Source: Vicugna vicugna (Eukaryota). Taken from it: DNA of 64,000 bases. The notes below the pieces were generated by a model. The model was not told the origin of the DNA. It did not search any database and saw only the letters and a program-made list of their open reading frames with translations. The first letter of the stretch is position 1. Every line of letters begins with the position of its first letter. Location of the stretch: contig MU058636.1 of assembly GCA_013265495.1 (NCBI GenBank), forward strand, positions 124,001 to 188,000, written 5' to 3'. Both the position numbers and the translations under genes were made by a program. Shown here piece after piece: positions 37,001 through 49,000 of the stretch.

Positions 37001-40000
37001 GCGTCCACCGTGGGCTTCACTCTGTGCTTCAGCAAGCCCGCGGCGCCCGCCACGCCCTTCGCGCTGCCCAGCACGTCGGCCTCCGCCTCGGCCGGGGCGC
37101 TCACCCTCTCGTCCGCTCTGACGTCGGCTCCGGCAGGTGCGGCCCAGCGGGGAGCGGGGCGTGTGAACTTACGTGCTTAGTGAACATAGGTACCTACCTT
37201 TAGTAAAGATAATTTGAGTTTGGGAAAATTTTTATTTTGGTCATTCAGCAGTGTTGACCTACTAAAGGACTGATTTGTGAAGGTCAGCATTGAGCCTTAA
37301 AGCGGCAGAGGCCTTCCTGGACGTTGGTCTCTATTTACAGAGCAAAGCAGGGGAGAGAGTGAGAGGTCACATGTGAAATGATTCATATCTGCTTTGTTTT
37401 CAAGGAGCATTTTGGTGACAGGCAGGATAACGAGTTTTCATAAACCTTGCCTGGCTTAGGATTCATCTGGTTTTGAATGCGGAGTTGGTGGCCTGGCTTG
37501 AACACCCTGTGTTACTGTCTAGAGTCAGTTACCTGATCCCATGCAAATATTAACCAAAGTCCTTATTTCTGTCCCTGGTTTTTGCTTTGAAGGTACTATT
37601 TCTCTTTATTCTAAAGTACATATAATCTTATCTTTAGTGAGTGGTTTTTTCCAAGAGCCAGTTTAACCATGACATCAGTTTTTTTTAGAAGTGTTTGTAT
37701 TTTCTGTGATGTGCTTGGAAATGATGTTTCCTTTTGAAGGCTGACTGTTTCGCTGTTTGCAGCATCCACAGGATTTACTCTGAATAACCTGGGTGGAACG
37801 ACGGCCACGACTACCTCTGCATCCACGGGCCTGTCCTTAGGGGGCGCCCTGGCTGGCTTGGGAGGCTCACTTTTCCAGAGCACAAACACTGCGGCGTCAG
37901 GTGATGGGTGATTGCTCTCCAAAAACAGTGAATGTTTACAGTTTAATTTACTGTATCTTTATTTTCACATTTTGAGCAGATCACATTGTCTCTTTAACTG
38001 TTATGTTTTCCTTTTAGAGTAAAAACTGAATTATAAAATGTAGTTTTTAATACATAATTGGGTATTTTAGCCATATTTTAGAAATACATTTCCTTAGTGT
38101 TGACTGACTAGATAGGGAAACAAAGAAGGGCCTGTTTAAGGAGTTGGTAAACTGTTCTAGAGAAACTTGTCTTTAGAGTTAGAGGGTTGCTTTTGTGTTT
38201 ATTACTGAGTTTTTAGATCAGTTCTGATTTTTCTTAGGCCCTTTGACACGCTATTCAATGCTTAATTGTGGTTATGTTAACCTAAAGATGCCATTGATTT
38301 TTTAAAAATTAGTAAGTTACTTACTCAGCTGTGTGTTTTCACACATTGCCAGGATTTAAATCATTTTCATTGGTCCTGTGCTCTTATCCAGTACATCCTG
38401 TTGTTTCCTCTGGTTTTAAAGTAAATGGCATTTTGTCTAGAGAAGCACATTGTGTCAGCTTGGAAAAGCATAGACTTCGGTGATTTACCAATGCAAGGTC
38501 TCTGAAGTTTTACTGCCTGAGTCACAGGTATACGTTGATGACTTAAGATTAGCTATAGTCTAGCTCCTTCAATTCCGTTTGTCAGTGAGGTAGTGTTTAA
38601 GTAAGTGAAGTCTACTTTTTTTTTCAATTTATTGAAAAGAACTTGGGAATATGAAATTTTGATGATGTTTGAACTGTAGCTCTTTAATTAGCAGTTCTTT
38701 AAATTTCACTAATAATAAAACTATTTGCTGTATATTATACTGAAACCTTGTGAGTTCATGCTGGATTGTTTTTCCCCAGCCTTGTTGAGGTATAATTGAC
38801 GAATAAAATTGTGAGATACTTAGTATACTACATCAAGATTTAAATTTGATTGTATACGTTGTTTTCTTCTGTTGAGTTAATTAACACATCCAATCTAGAG
38901 TATTTTAAAAGTATGCAATTTCCAAAGCATGATTGGAAGATAGTATGCAAATGAAAGCTGCTTTGGTAGAGAGGGTATAAAAACAACTAAAAATCAAATA
39001 TCCACATATACTGAGTGAACAGATACATTCTGGCCCTTTTAATAAATCAAAATCATGTTGTCGAAACTACATATACCATTCAGTCCAAGCAAGATTGTCA
39101 GTCTTTGTCCAAAGCATGCTCTAGACTTGTTTCTTGTTGGTCTAAATCAAGTGTGAAGACAATCTGGGATCCAGCTTAAGAGCGTTTGAGTGCGCTGGTC
39201 AGCAGAGGAATCATAAAGACCGCGGAGCCTTGTGACTGATGTTTGGTCTGTTTGCAGGACTTGGACAGAATGCTTTAGGCTTGACTCTGGGAACTACAGC
39301 AGCTACTTCCTCTGCTGGCAGCGAAGGCCTTGGTGGCATAGATTTTAGTAGCTCATCGGATAAAAAGAGTAAGTAACGGTATACTGTAATCCTATGCTCC
39401 AGCAGGCCTGTTGAGGAAATTTAAATTTCTGTGTCAGGAAGATTGTTGGTTAAATATTCAGCAGTATGGGTTTGTTTTTCAGTTTGCCTTATGTTTCACA
39501 AATTTCGTCTGTGCAGGGCATTTAAGAATTAACTTTTGTAGAAAAGTCAGATTTGTAGGTACATGTGTCTTATGTAGCTAGCTTAGTAAGTGTATTAATA
39601 TTAACATTTTAAAATCAGGACCGTGATACGTATATTGTTTTGTAACCTGTGCTTTCTCGTGTAATATATCACAAGTTGTAATCAGTGTCAATAATTCTTT
39701 AAAAATATTTCAGTGCTGCTCCATATCACTTTCATTAACGGATATACCCTCATTCGGTCAGCCATCATCTGGCTGTTAGCGTGTGTTTCCAGTTCTTTGC
39801 TTGGCATCCTTGCAGAAAGAGGCATTGTAGTGCAATCGCCGGGCTGCGACTCCTGTCTCACCTGTTCACGGTCCTTTGACCTTATTCCAGTTGTTTATCC
39901 TCTCAGCGCTTTACAGAGTAGGGGTTGGTTTGAGGATTACTGTTTGTAAAACCTTAGCGGAGGCAGGCACATGGAAAATGCTGCTTGTTTTTATTATAAG

Positions 40001-43000
40001 TTTCTGTTCATATTTTGGTTATTTCCTTAGGGCAAATACCTGGTGAATCATTGGCTTAAAGGGAGGGACATTTTGGAGACTCCTGACATATGTTGTGAAA
40101 TTACTTTCCAGAAACATTTTACCAGTGTATTTACCCACCAGCCAGGATGAGAATTCCCTTCTCACTGTGCTCTTGCCGTGCTGAATATTCTTTTTTTTTT
40201 CATTTTTTTAAACATTTTTTATTGATTTATAATCATTTTACAATGTTGTGTCAAATTCCAGTGTTCAGCAGAATTTTTCAGTCATTCATGGACATATACA
40301 CACTCATTGTCACATTTTTTTTCTCTGTGATTTATCATAACATTTTGTGTATATTTCCCTGTGCTATACAGTGTAATCTTGTTTATCCTATTCTACAATT
40401 TTGAAATCCCAGTCTATCCCTTCCCACCCTCTACCCCCCTGGTAACCACAAGTCTGTATTCTCTGTCCATGAGTCTTTAGATTCCACATATGAGCAATCT
40501 CATATGGTATTTTTCTTTCTCTTTCTGGCTTACTTCACTTAGAATGACATTCTCTAGGAGCATCCATGTTGCTGCAAATGGCGTTATGTTGTCGGTTTTT
40601 ATGGCTGAGTAGTATTCCATTGTATAAATATACCACATCTTCTTTATCCAGTCACCTGTTGATGGACATTTAGGCTGTTTCCATGTTTTGGCTATTGTAA
40701 ATAGTGCTGCTATGAACATTGGGGTGCAGGTGTCATCCTGAAGTAGATTTCCTTCTGGATACAAGCCCAGGAGTGGGATTCCTGGGTCATATGGTAAGTC
40801 TATTCCTAGTCTTTTGAGGAATCTCCACACTGTTTTCCATAGTGGCTGCACCAAACTGCATTCCCACCAGCAGTGTAGGAGGGTTCCCCTTTCTCCACAG
40901 CCTCTCCAGCATTTGTCATTTTTGGATTTTTGAATGACGGCCATTCTGACTGGTGTGAGGTGATACCTCATTGTAGTTTTGATTTGCATTTCTCTGATAA
41001 TTAGTGATATTGAGCATTTTTTCATGTGCTTTTTGATCATTTGTATGTCTTCCTTGGAGAATTGCTTGTTTAGGTCTTCTGCCCATTTTTGGATTGGGTT
41101 GTTTATTTTTTTCTTATTGAGTCGTATGAGCTGCTTATATATTTTGGAGATCAAGCCTTTGTCGGTTTCACTTGCAAAAATTTTCTCCCATTCCGTAGGT
41201 TTTCTTCTTGTTTTATTTCTGGTTTCCTTTGCTCTGCAGAAGCTTGTAAGTTTCATTAGGTCCCATTTGTTTATTCTTGCTTTTATTTCTTCTAGGAGAA
41301 AATTTTTGAAATGTATGTCAGATAATGTTTTGCCTATGTTTTCCTCTAGGAGGTTTATTGTATCTTGTCTTATGTTTAAGTCTTTAATCCATTTTGAGTT
41401 GATTTTTGTATATGGTGTAAGGGTGTGTTCTAGCTTCATTGTTTTACATGCTGCTGTCCAGTTTTCCCAACACCATTTGCTGAAGAGACTGTCTTTATTC
41501 CATTGTATATTCTTGCCTCCTTTGTCGAAGATGAGTTGACCAAAAGTTTGTGGGTTCATTTCTGGGCTCTCTATTCTGTTCCATTGGTCTATATGTCTGT
41601 TTTGGTACCAATACCATGCTGTCTTGATGACTGTAGCTCTATAGTATTGTCTGAAGTCTGGGAGAGTTATTCCTCCAGCCTCTTTCTTTCTCTTCAGTAA
41701 TGCTTTAGCAATTCTAGGTCTTTGATGGTTCCATATAAATTTTATTATGATTTGTTCTAGTTCTGTGAAATATGTCCTGGGTAATTGGATAGGGATTGCA
41801 TTAAATCTGTAGATTGCCTTGGGCAGTGTGACCATTTTAACAATATTGATTCTTCCAATCCAAGAGCATGGAATATCTTTCCATTTTTTAAAGTCTTCTT
41901 TAATTTCCTTCATCAATGGTTTATAGTTTTCTGTGTATAATTCTTTCACCTCCTTGGTTAGATTTATTCCCAGATATTTTATTACTTTGGGTGCTATTTT
42001 AAAGGGGATTGTTTCTTTACTTTCTTTTTCTGTTGATTTATCGTTAGTGTAAAGAAAGGCAACTGATTTTTGAACATTAATTTTGTAACCTGCTACCTTG
42101 CTGAATTCTTCGATCAGCTCTAGTAGCTTTTTTGTGGACCTTTTAGGGTTTTCTATATATAGTAACATGTCGTCAGCATATAATGACACTTTTACCTCTT
42201 CTTTTCCAATTTGGATCCCTTTTATTTCTTTCTCTTGCCTGATTGCTGTGGCTAGGACTTCCAGGACTATATTGAATAGGAGTGGTGATAGTGGGCATCC
42301 TTGTCTTGTCCCAGATTTTAGTGGGAAGCTTTTGAGTTTTTCACCGTTGAGAACTATGCTGGCTATAGGTTTGTCATATATAGCTTTTATTATGTTGAGA
42401 TATGTTCCCTCTATACCCACTTTGGCGAGAGTTTTTATCATAAATGGGTGTTGAATTTTATCAAATGCTTTTTCTGCATCGATTGAGATGATCATGTGGT
42501 TTTTGTCCTTTCTCTTGTTGATGTGATGTATTACATTGATTGATTTGCGTATGTTGAACCAGCCTTGTGTCCCTGGGATGAACCCCACTTGGTCATGATG
42601 TATAATCTTTTTTATGTGTTGTTGGATTCTATTTGCTAAAATTTTGGTGAGGATTTTGGCGTCTATGTTCATCAGTGATATTGGCCTATAATTCTCTTTT
42701 TTTGTAGTGTCTTTGCCTGGTTTTGGTATCAGGGTGATGGTGGCTTCATAGAATGAGTTTGGGAGTATTCCCTCCTTTTCAATCGTCTGGAAGAGTTTGA
42801 GAAGGACTGGTATGAGTTCTTCTTTGTATGTTTGGTAGAATTCCCCGGTGAAGCCGTCCGGTCCTGGACTTTTATTTGTAGGGAGGTTTTTAATTGCTAT
42901 TTCTATTTCCTTTCTAGTGATCGGATTGTTCAAGTGTTCAGTTTCTTCTTGATTCAGTTTTGGTGGACAGTATGTTTCCAGAAACTTGTCCATCTCCTCT

Positions 43001-46000
43001 AGGTTATCCAGTTTGGTTCCATATAGTTTTTCATAATATTCTCGTATGATATTCTGTATTTCTATTTTGTTTGTTGTAATTTCTCCATTTTCCTTTCTTA
43101 TTTTGCTAATTTGTGCTCTCTCTTTTTTCTTCTTTGTGAGTTTGGCCAGAGGTTTGTCGATTTTATTTACTTTTTCAAAAAACCAGCTTTTGGTTTGGTT
43201 GATTTTTTCTATGGTCTTGTTAATCTCTATTGTATTTAATTCCTCTCTGATCTTTATTATTTCCTTCCTTCTGCTGCTTTTTGGGGCTTTTTGTTCTTCT
43301 TTTTCTAATTGATTCAGGTGGTGGGTTAACTTGTTTATTTGAGATTGTTCTTCTTTTTTGAGAAAGGCCTGTATCGCTATAAACTTCCCTCTTAGCACTG
43401 CCTTTGCTGTGTCCCATAGGTTTTGAGTGGTTGTGCTTTCATTATCATTTGTCTCAAGGTATTTTTTAATTTCAGCTTTGATTTCCTCATTGATCCATTG
43501 TTTTTTCAATAACATATTGTTTAATCTCCATGCTTTTCTTTTTTTCTCCTTTGTTTCTCTGTTGTTGATTTCCAGTTTCATGGCATTGTGGTCAGTAAAG
43601 ATGCTTGAGATAATTTCTATCTTCTTAAATTTGTTGAGGTTTCTTTTGTGTCCAAGTACATGATCGATCCTGGAAAATGTTCCATGTGCACTTGAAAAGA
43701 ATGTATATTCTATTTTTTGGGGGTGTAATGCTCTGAAAATATCCACCAAATCTAGTTTTTCTATTGTAGTATTTAATTTCTCTGTTGCCTTGTTTATTTT
43801 CTGTCTGGAAGATCTGTCTAGTGATGTTAATGCAGTGTTAAAATCTCCAACTATGATTGTATTCCCATCAATATCCCCCTTTATCTCTGTTAGTAATTCT
43901 TGTATGTACTTAGGTGCTCCTATATTGGGTGCATATATATTAACGAGTGTAATATCTTCATCTTGTATCACTCCTTTAATCATTATAAAATGTCCTTCTT
44001 TATCTTTCTTTATGGCCTTTGTTTTAAAGTCTATTTTGTCTGAAATCAGTACTGCAACACCTGCTTTTTTGGCTTTTCCATTTGCATGGAATATCCTTTT
44101 CCATCCTTTCACTCTCAATCTATATGTGTCCTTCTCCCTAAAGTGGGTCTCTTGTATGCAGCATATTGAAGGTTCTTGCTTTATTATCCAGTCTGCCACT
44201 CTATGTCTTTTGACTGGAGCATTTAGTCCATTAACATTTACAGTAATTAATGATAGATGTGTGTTTATTGCCATTTTGAACTTATCTTTGCAGTTGAATT
44301 GGTATATCCTCTTTGTTCCTTTCTTCTTCCTTTTGTGGTTTGGTAATTTTCCTTTGTATTATCATGGATTTTATTTAATTTTTGTGACTCCCTTGTAAAT
44401 TTTTGACTTGTGGTTACCCTTTTTTGTAAATCTATTAACCTATACCCGTTTTTAATAAACTGATAATAACATGATCTCAAACCCATCCTACTGTTAAAAA
44501 AATTTAAAAAAGAAAGAAAAAAAATTCTATATTTCCCTGCCTCCCTCTCCCACTCTCAGTGATTTGTATGTCTTCTTTTATAATTTCGTGTTTTCTTTAT
44601 TTGTAATTCATGAGTTATCACCTTTCCAGTTGTACGTTTCTCATTTCTGTAGCATCCTGCTGCTTTTCTATTTAGAATAGCCCTTTCAATATTTCTTTTA
44701 GCATGGGTTTAGTGTTGCTAAACTCCTGCAGCTTTTTTTTGTCTGTGAAACTCTTTATTTCTCCTTCTATCCTAAAGGATAGCCTTGCTGGATAAAGTAT
44801 CCTAGGCTGCATCTTTTTTTCATTCAGGGCTTTGAATATATCTTGCCACTCCCTTCTGGCCTGTAGTGTTTGTGTAGAGAAATCAGCTGAGAGCCTTATG
44901 GGGGTTCCCTTGTAATTCACTCTTTGCTTTTCTCTTGCTGCCTTTAGAATCATTTCTTTATCCTTGACTCTGGCCATCTTGATTATGATATGTCTTGGTG
45001 TGGGTCTATTTGGATTCTTCCTGTTTGGGACCCTCTGAGCTTCCTGTACTTGGATATCTGATTCCTTCTTTAAGTTTGGGAAGTTTTCAGTCATGATTTC
45101 TTCAAAAACCTTTTCAATCCCCTTTGATCCTTCTTCCCCTTCTGGGACCCCTATTATGCGAAGATTGGGACGCTTTATATTATCCCATAGGTCCCTTATG
45201 CTATTATCATTATTTTTTATTTGCTTATCTTGTAGTTCTTCTGAATGGGTGCTTTCTGTTGCCCTGTCTTCTAGATCACTAATTCGTTCCTCTGCATTAA
45301 CTAGTCGGCTTTGCACAGCTATTAGATCATTCCTCATCTCTGTCAATGAGTTTACCCATTCTGCTTGGCTCTTCTTTATAGCTTCAATTTCATTTTTGAC
45401 ATATTTTATCTCTCTAAGCACTATCTCTTTTAATTCCTTCAGCAATTTGATCACTCCTTTTTTGAAATCTTGATCTAGTAGGCTATCGATGTCTATTTCA
45501 TTGAGCTTTCTTTCAGGGGATTCCTCTTGTTCTTTTAATTGGGAAAGGTTTCTCTGCTTCTTCATCTTGCTCATACCTCTCTGGCACTGTGGTTTATGGA
45601 GTATCAGTTGTCTATTTTGGATCTTAAGGATTTTATCTATCTAATGCCTATTTATGAATAAAACTTAGGAAAAAAAAGAAATAATAAGAGAGAGAGAGAA
45701 AGGTTTTTAAAAGAAGGGAGAAAAAGGGTTTGAAAACAGTGTATAATGAATAATAGAAGAGCGAGTTGAAGGAGAGTATTAATCGGGTTGAGACGTCCTT
45801 TTAAAACCTTAAAAAAAAAAAAAAAGAAAGAGGTGCTGATACCACTTCAAAATATACAAGCCTTGATAACAGCTTGTTAATTGAAAGGAAGCAGACACAA
45901 ACGGTCAAATATTGTTGATTTCAGTGATCTGAAATGCCCAGAAAAGGCACATGCAGAGGCAGAGAGCAGGTGATGGCTGGNNNNNNNNNNNNNNNNNNNN

Positions 46001-49000
46001 NNNNNNNNNNNNNNNNNNNNNNNNNNNNNNNNNNNNNNNNNNNNNNNNNNNNNNNNNNNNNNNNNNNNNNNNNNNNNNNNNNNNNNNNNNNNNNNNNNNN
46101 NNNNNNNNNNNNNNNNNNNNNNNNNNNNNNNNNNNNNNNNNNNNNNNNNNNNNNNNNNNNNNNNNNNNNNNNNNNNNNNNNNNNNNAACACGGGGTCAGA
46201 TGCAGCTCTCCTCTGCTGCGGGCGGGCGGGTCACTGCCCCTCCGGATGCCGCAGTCAGATGTTGCAGACTGGCCAGGCAGGAGGGCGGGTCGTGTTCCAT
46301 CCCAGCACCTCGGTCAGGGGCTGTGTTCCTGCCTGACAGGCGGGGGGTGGGGGGCCGCTCTCCCTCTGCCTGCGCCGCCCGTAGCTCTTCTGCTCTGTGC
46401 GGCTGCGGGCTCCGCCCTGGCCCGCGCTCCGCCCTAGCCGCGCTCTGCCCTAGCCGCGCTCCACGGGTGGGCTCTGGAAGACCGAGGGGCAGCCTCGTCC
46501 CTCATCCGATTGTNNNNNNNNNNNNNNNNNNNNNNNNNNNNNNNNNNNNNNNNNNNNNNNNNNNNNNNNNNNNNNNNNNNNNNNNNNNNNNNNNNNNNNN
46601 NNNNNNNNNNNNNNNNNNNNNNNNNNNNNNNNNNNNNNNNNNNNNNNNNNNNNNNNNNNNNNNNNNNNNNNNNNNNNNNNNNNNNNNNNNNNNNNNNNNN
46701 NNNNNNNNNNNNNNNNNNNNNNNNNNNNNNNNNNNNNNNNNNNNNNNNNNNNNNNNNNNNNNNNNNNNNNNNNNNNNNNNNNNNNNNNNNNNNNNNNNNN
46801 NNNNNNNNNNNNNNNNNNNNNNNNNNNNNNNNNNNNNNNNNNNNNNNNNNNNNNNNNNNNNNNNNNNNNNNNNNNNNNNNNNNNNNNNNNNNNNNNNNNN
46901 NNNNNNNNNNNNNNNNNNNNNNNNNNNNNNNNNNNNNNNNNNNNNNNNNNNNNNNNNNNNNNNNNNNNNNNNNNNNNNNNNNNNNNNGCTGGCCTCTCAG
47001 TTGGAGAGGGGAGACCCAGCGAGCGAGCGCCAGTCCTCCTTTGCCGCTCCCTCCCCGCGGGACCCGTCCCGCGCTGCTTTGCCTTTTGTTCTTTCTTGTT
47101 TCCTTTTCTCCTACCAGATTTTTGGCGTCTTTATCGTTTGAAGAGGGCGATGTTCTGTCGGAGTTCCGCAGGTGCTCTGGTTGGCTGAATGAGTCTGTAG
47201 ATGTGGATCTTGGTGTATTTGTGGGAGAGGGTGACTTATGAGCGTCCTTCTACTCCGCCATCTTGCCTCTTCTCCCGTGCTGAATATGCATATTCTTAAA
47301 AACTTTTTTCAACCTAAGTTTATTTTGAGGGTTTTCTGTGGTTGTTGGTTCCATGTGAATGGTTGGTTTGTTTTGTTTTGCAACATCTCTTCTGATGAAC
47401 GCATGTTGCACTAGAGTGCATACACAAATACTGCACTGAACCTTTCTGAAGAGCTTAGATGACATAAAGGATGAAGGTGTGAAATTTTCAGTGTCTGTAT
47501 CTGTTGGAATCTTTAAAATGGGATGTGGGTTTTATTATAAGGAGATACTGTTTTAGAGTAAATTACTTTCCTGAAAGTTGGCAAAATCCTTCTAGTCTTA
47601 GAAAATTTGGATTTATTTCTCTTTGAATGAAAATTAATTTCTAAACATAAGGTCCTATCTCTTGTTTTCACTTGATTTTCTTTGTAGCAACTCCCTAATT
47701 CAAAACCGGCCGCCGGGCCTTAGCAGCTCATTGTGCACTCAGTTGGAGTGCCTGGTGCCCTCCAGCCACTTTTATTTTAAGCCTGAGATGCCCCTCTTCA
47801 TTGTAACTGCTTTTAGGCTCCTTGTGAAGGAGCAGATTGAGGAATGTGAGGAGTCAGTCCCCTCTCTCTTCCCCTTCACCAGCCCAGTGCCCTGTTCTCT
47901 GGGGCTACCTCAGCTAGAGCTGAGCTGGAGGACCGTGCAGGACAAGTGCCCCTGGCTTCGTGTACCATGCCCCAGTCCCCGCTGATCCCGTGTATGTGTC
48001 AGGGTTTTTTTTTTTATCTCCAGCGTTAATCTCTGTCAGCCTGGACTTGCAGTCTTGGGGGGATTTAATCAGGTGAAGCGGGGTGGGAAGCAGCTTTCTG
48101 GGAAGAGGGGCAGCCCAGAGCAGGACCTAGGGGTGAGGACGTCGTGAGCACTTTTGGAAAACTCCTGGCTGGCCCGTGTAGCTGCAGGACAGAAAGTCCA
48201 GAGCGTTGTAATTAACCGAGGACACTCGGATCTGCTACAGGGCTTTGCTCTCAATAATGTGATGTAGGCAAGGTGGGTTATGGGAGCGTAAGGATGCTTT
48301 CCTAGTTGGAGTCCATGGCCATCTGAAACAGGTGCACGTTTGTGTGCATGCAAACTGTTGTAAAACATAATAAAAATGGAATATTGAAAAGTATAGCAAA
48401 ACAGTAATTAGTAAACAAGTTGAACTATTTGGGAAAAAATCCGTTTTATATTAGTGTCTCATTTAATCTAAGACACTATAGAACATGAGTGCCAATTTCA
48501 GGAATGATAAACTATGAAAAAAAAATCTTAGAATCAATGAAATACAAAATATAGAAAAATAAACTACAATTGGATCAAACAAGTAAACAAAGAAACCTCA
48601 TGTACAAAGGTAAATGACAAATTGAGAGTAAAATCCTTGTTTTCTTGATGCTTATTTTTTCACGTAACATCTATGAGATCGAGATGTGTATTATAATTAT
48701 AAGCATCTAATTTTAGGAATAGGCACATGAAGTATGTATGTGAGACAAAGAATATGCTTAATGTTGAAATAACTCTCAGAAGTCAATAAGACAAATACCT
48801 CAAAAATGTGCAAATCACATGAATAGGCAGTTCGCAAAAGGAGATATAAACTTGTCGAATTAACTTTTGAAATAAAAGTTTCACTTAATACTATCAGAAA
48901 TAAGAATTAAGATTGTAATACAGTGGCATTTTTCACCTATATATCTGCGATGATCTCGTTTAATATGTTTATTGTTGAGGGTGTGATGGAAAAGGTACTC

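Larger units (their letters stand above)
40189..47274 (-). mobile_element. Full-length young LINE-1 inserted antisense in NUP58 intron 6
   Basis: 5' end GAGAAGAGGCAAGATGGCGG (YY1 site), GC-rich 5'UTR, ORF1, ORF2, 3'UTR, A-tail; TSD CCGTGCTGAATAT at 40176-40188 and 47275-47287. Confidence 0.97.

Noticed and set aside
40979..45473. Plus-strand ORFs of 88-202 aa with hydrophobic translations
   Set aside because: Antisense shadows of L1 ORF1 and ORF2
45877..47241. ORFs of 104-396 aa full of X
   Set aside because: Created by N gaps
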